NCBI RefSeq assembly: GCF_023055435.1
Contig: NW_025964334.1
Coordinates: forward strand, 48,112,001-48,176,000
Reading direction: 5' to 3'
Source: Haliotis rufescens
Taxonomy: Eukaryota
Length of the DNA stretch: 64,000 nt
The notes beneath the pieces are model-generated. The model did no database searches. It saw only the letters and a list, made by a program, of their open reading frames with translations, and was not told the DNA's origin. Shown here one piece after another: positions 62,504 through 64,000 of this stretch (within the stretch, counting starts at the first letter, position 1; every line of letters starts with the position of its first letter). The translations under genes and the position numbers were made by a program.

Positions 62504-63367
62504 ATTGATACCATATTGTTATGCCATGAAATGCAGTTTTATTTCATATAGCCAATTCCTTATCTCACCTGCTCAGAAACAATTGCAGAAATGTTGTTCT
62601 TTTATGTGTTTAAGGCAAGATCCATATTTTTACATGTGTTACCAACCTAAATATCGCAAAAGTGGAAAAAGTATTTCAAACTTGTCTTGGGTGAAGTGTG
62701 TCAGTAATACAATACTTGACAACGTGGACACAATGTGTGGATAATGACTTCTTTATTTACTGTAAAGGTAACGTTTCAGTATAGATCCTTATACCGTTAT
62801 CAAGCAAAGCAAGGCTGCTTGACAACAATATAAGGATCAACAATGAAACGTCAATCAAGGCCAGCCTGCTTGACAACAGTATAAGTATCTGTACCTAACG
62901 TCGCCTGTACAGTATTAAAGAAGTTGTTATCCATACATTGTGTCCACTTTGTCATCCGTTAACTTCTAAGTAATGCCTTTCAAACAATTCATTGCCATAC
63001 CTGTTTTTAGAAAGCAACATCTGCTGAGCTACAGAGTTTGGAAGGAAGGTTATCTCAAGCTGAAAGAGCCAAAGACTTAGCTCAGGTGGAAGGTAAGCTG
63101 TAACAATGAGTTGTTGGTTAGGATGAGAATCTCCTGCAGCAAGTACCAACAGGGAAGGATGCTGCTCGACAGTAGGGTGAGCTGAAACTGGGCAGTTTAC
63201 CTTTCACACAGAAAACAAGTTTCTGGACTCTTGAGAAAATGATGAGAGCAGAGAAACTCTTGCCCCAGGAGTAGGTATGTGTGACAGGAGGCAAAGTGCG
63301 CAGTTTCTTCTGCCACCATGTTTAGCACATATATCAGTCTTCGACTTGGGCATCTTCAGAAACAAAT

Positions 63368-63626
63368 CTTGTTGTTACCCTGTCTGGCGCTCGGCATTAA
63401 GGGGCTAAAACAAGGACTGGTCGGCTCGGAGTCAGTATACTGTGTCTGAGTGGGGTATTCATGTTGAACTGCGGCATGGTATCCCAGTGAGCTAGCACTG
63501 TAAATCGGCATCAGTCCGGACTAGTACAAGCAGCCACACAAACACACACACGTACATGCACGTCGCTATATAAGTGCAATAATCTTGGACGCGACGTTAA
63601 ACCCAATTTCACCTCACCTCACCTCA
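63368..63626 (+). mobile_element. Meta-type SINE, 5'-truncated
   Basis: Reverse complement of ~18992-19250 with a (cacct)n tail, flanked by cagaaacaaatc repeats. Confidence 0.85.
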
Positions 63627-64000
63627 GAAACAAATCCAAAGCCTGAGTCTCGAAAAATCTGTTCGGTCTAGTAAACTCCGTTAATAATACAGGTCTATTT
63701 CATGACACTAAATCTACTGAAAATGTGGCTAGAACCTTATTTGGGCAGGTAGAGTCAGAAGTTTATGGCACAGACTTATATATTCACTGTTTCGCTCAAG
63801 GTAAAAATAAAGCATGTTTAAATTAAAAATGTTTTGTTTGTGCTTTGAAAGCATATAGAAGTTGATTGTTCTGAGTGGATAATTAATTAACGTAGGTTAT
63901 CTCCTGGTCTGCCAGGATCAATTGATTGTTGATTGACTTCTTGACCTGTGAGCCTGTCTCTGGCTTCATCAAAATATTCCTGAACATCTCCTGGTTGCCA

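Noticed and set aside
62940-64000. Coding-like composition on the minus strand near the window end
   Set aside because: No recognisable motif or consistent frame; possibly a TE remnant, but it cannot be supported.

Overview
This is eukaryotic, repeat-rich genomic DNA. The SINE, Penelope and LINE content suggests a mollusc, probably a gastropod such as abalone (inference). The main feature is a head-to-tail array of five intact, single-coding-exon, 392-aa innexin (gap-junction/pannexin-family) paralogues on the + strand: 7812-8990, 19998-21176, 31590-32768, 37636-38814 and 45918-47096. The copies are nearly identical in the N-terminus and transmembrane helices. Amino-acid changes cluster in the two extracellular loops, above all in residues 217-235 around the Cys220-Cys237 hairpin of loop 2, and are almost all non-synonymous there. 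Shared variants are phylogenetically incongruent, which points to gene conversion or unequal crossover. This looks like a diversifying innexin 'docking code' cluster. The spacers are mosaics of segmental duplications carrying a decayed RNase H-containing (I/Nimb-like) LINE, Penelope remnants, SINEs and MITEs. From about 56 to 62 kb, six phase-compatible exons, not assembled by the ORF track, encode the N-terminal part of a helical protein resembling the fungal eisosome BAR proteins Pil1/Lsp1. An env-like retroelement ORF remnant lies at 821-1744 (-).
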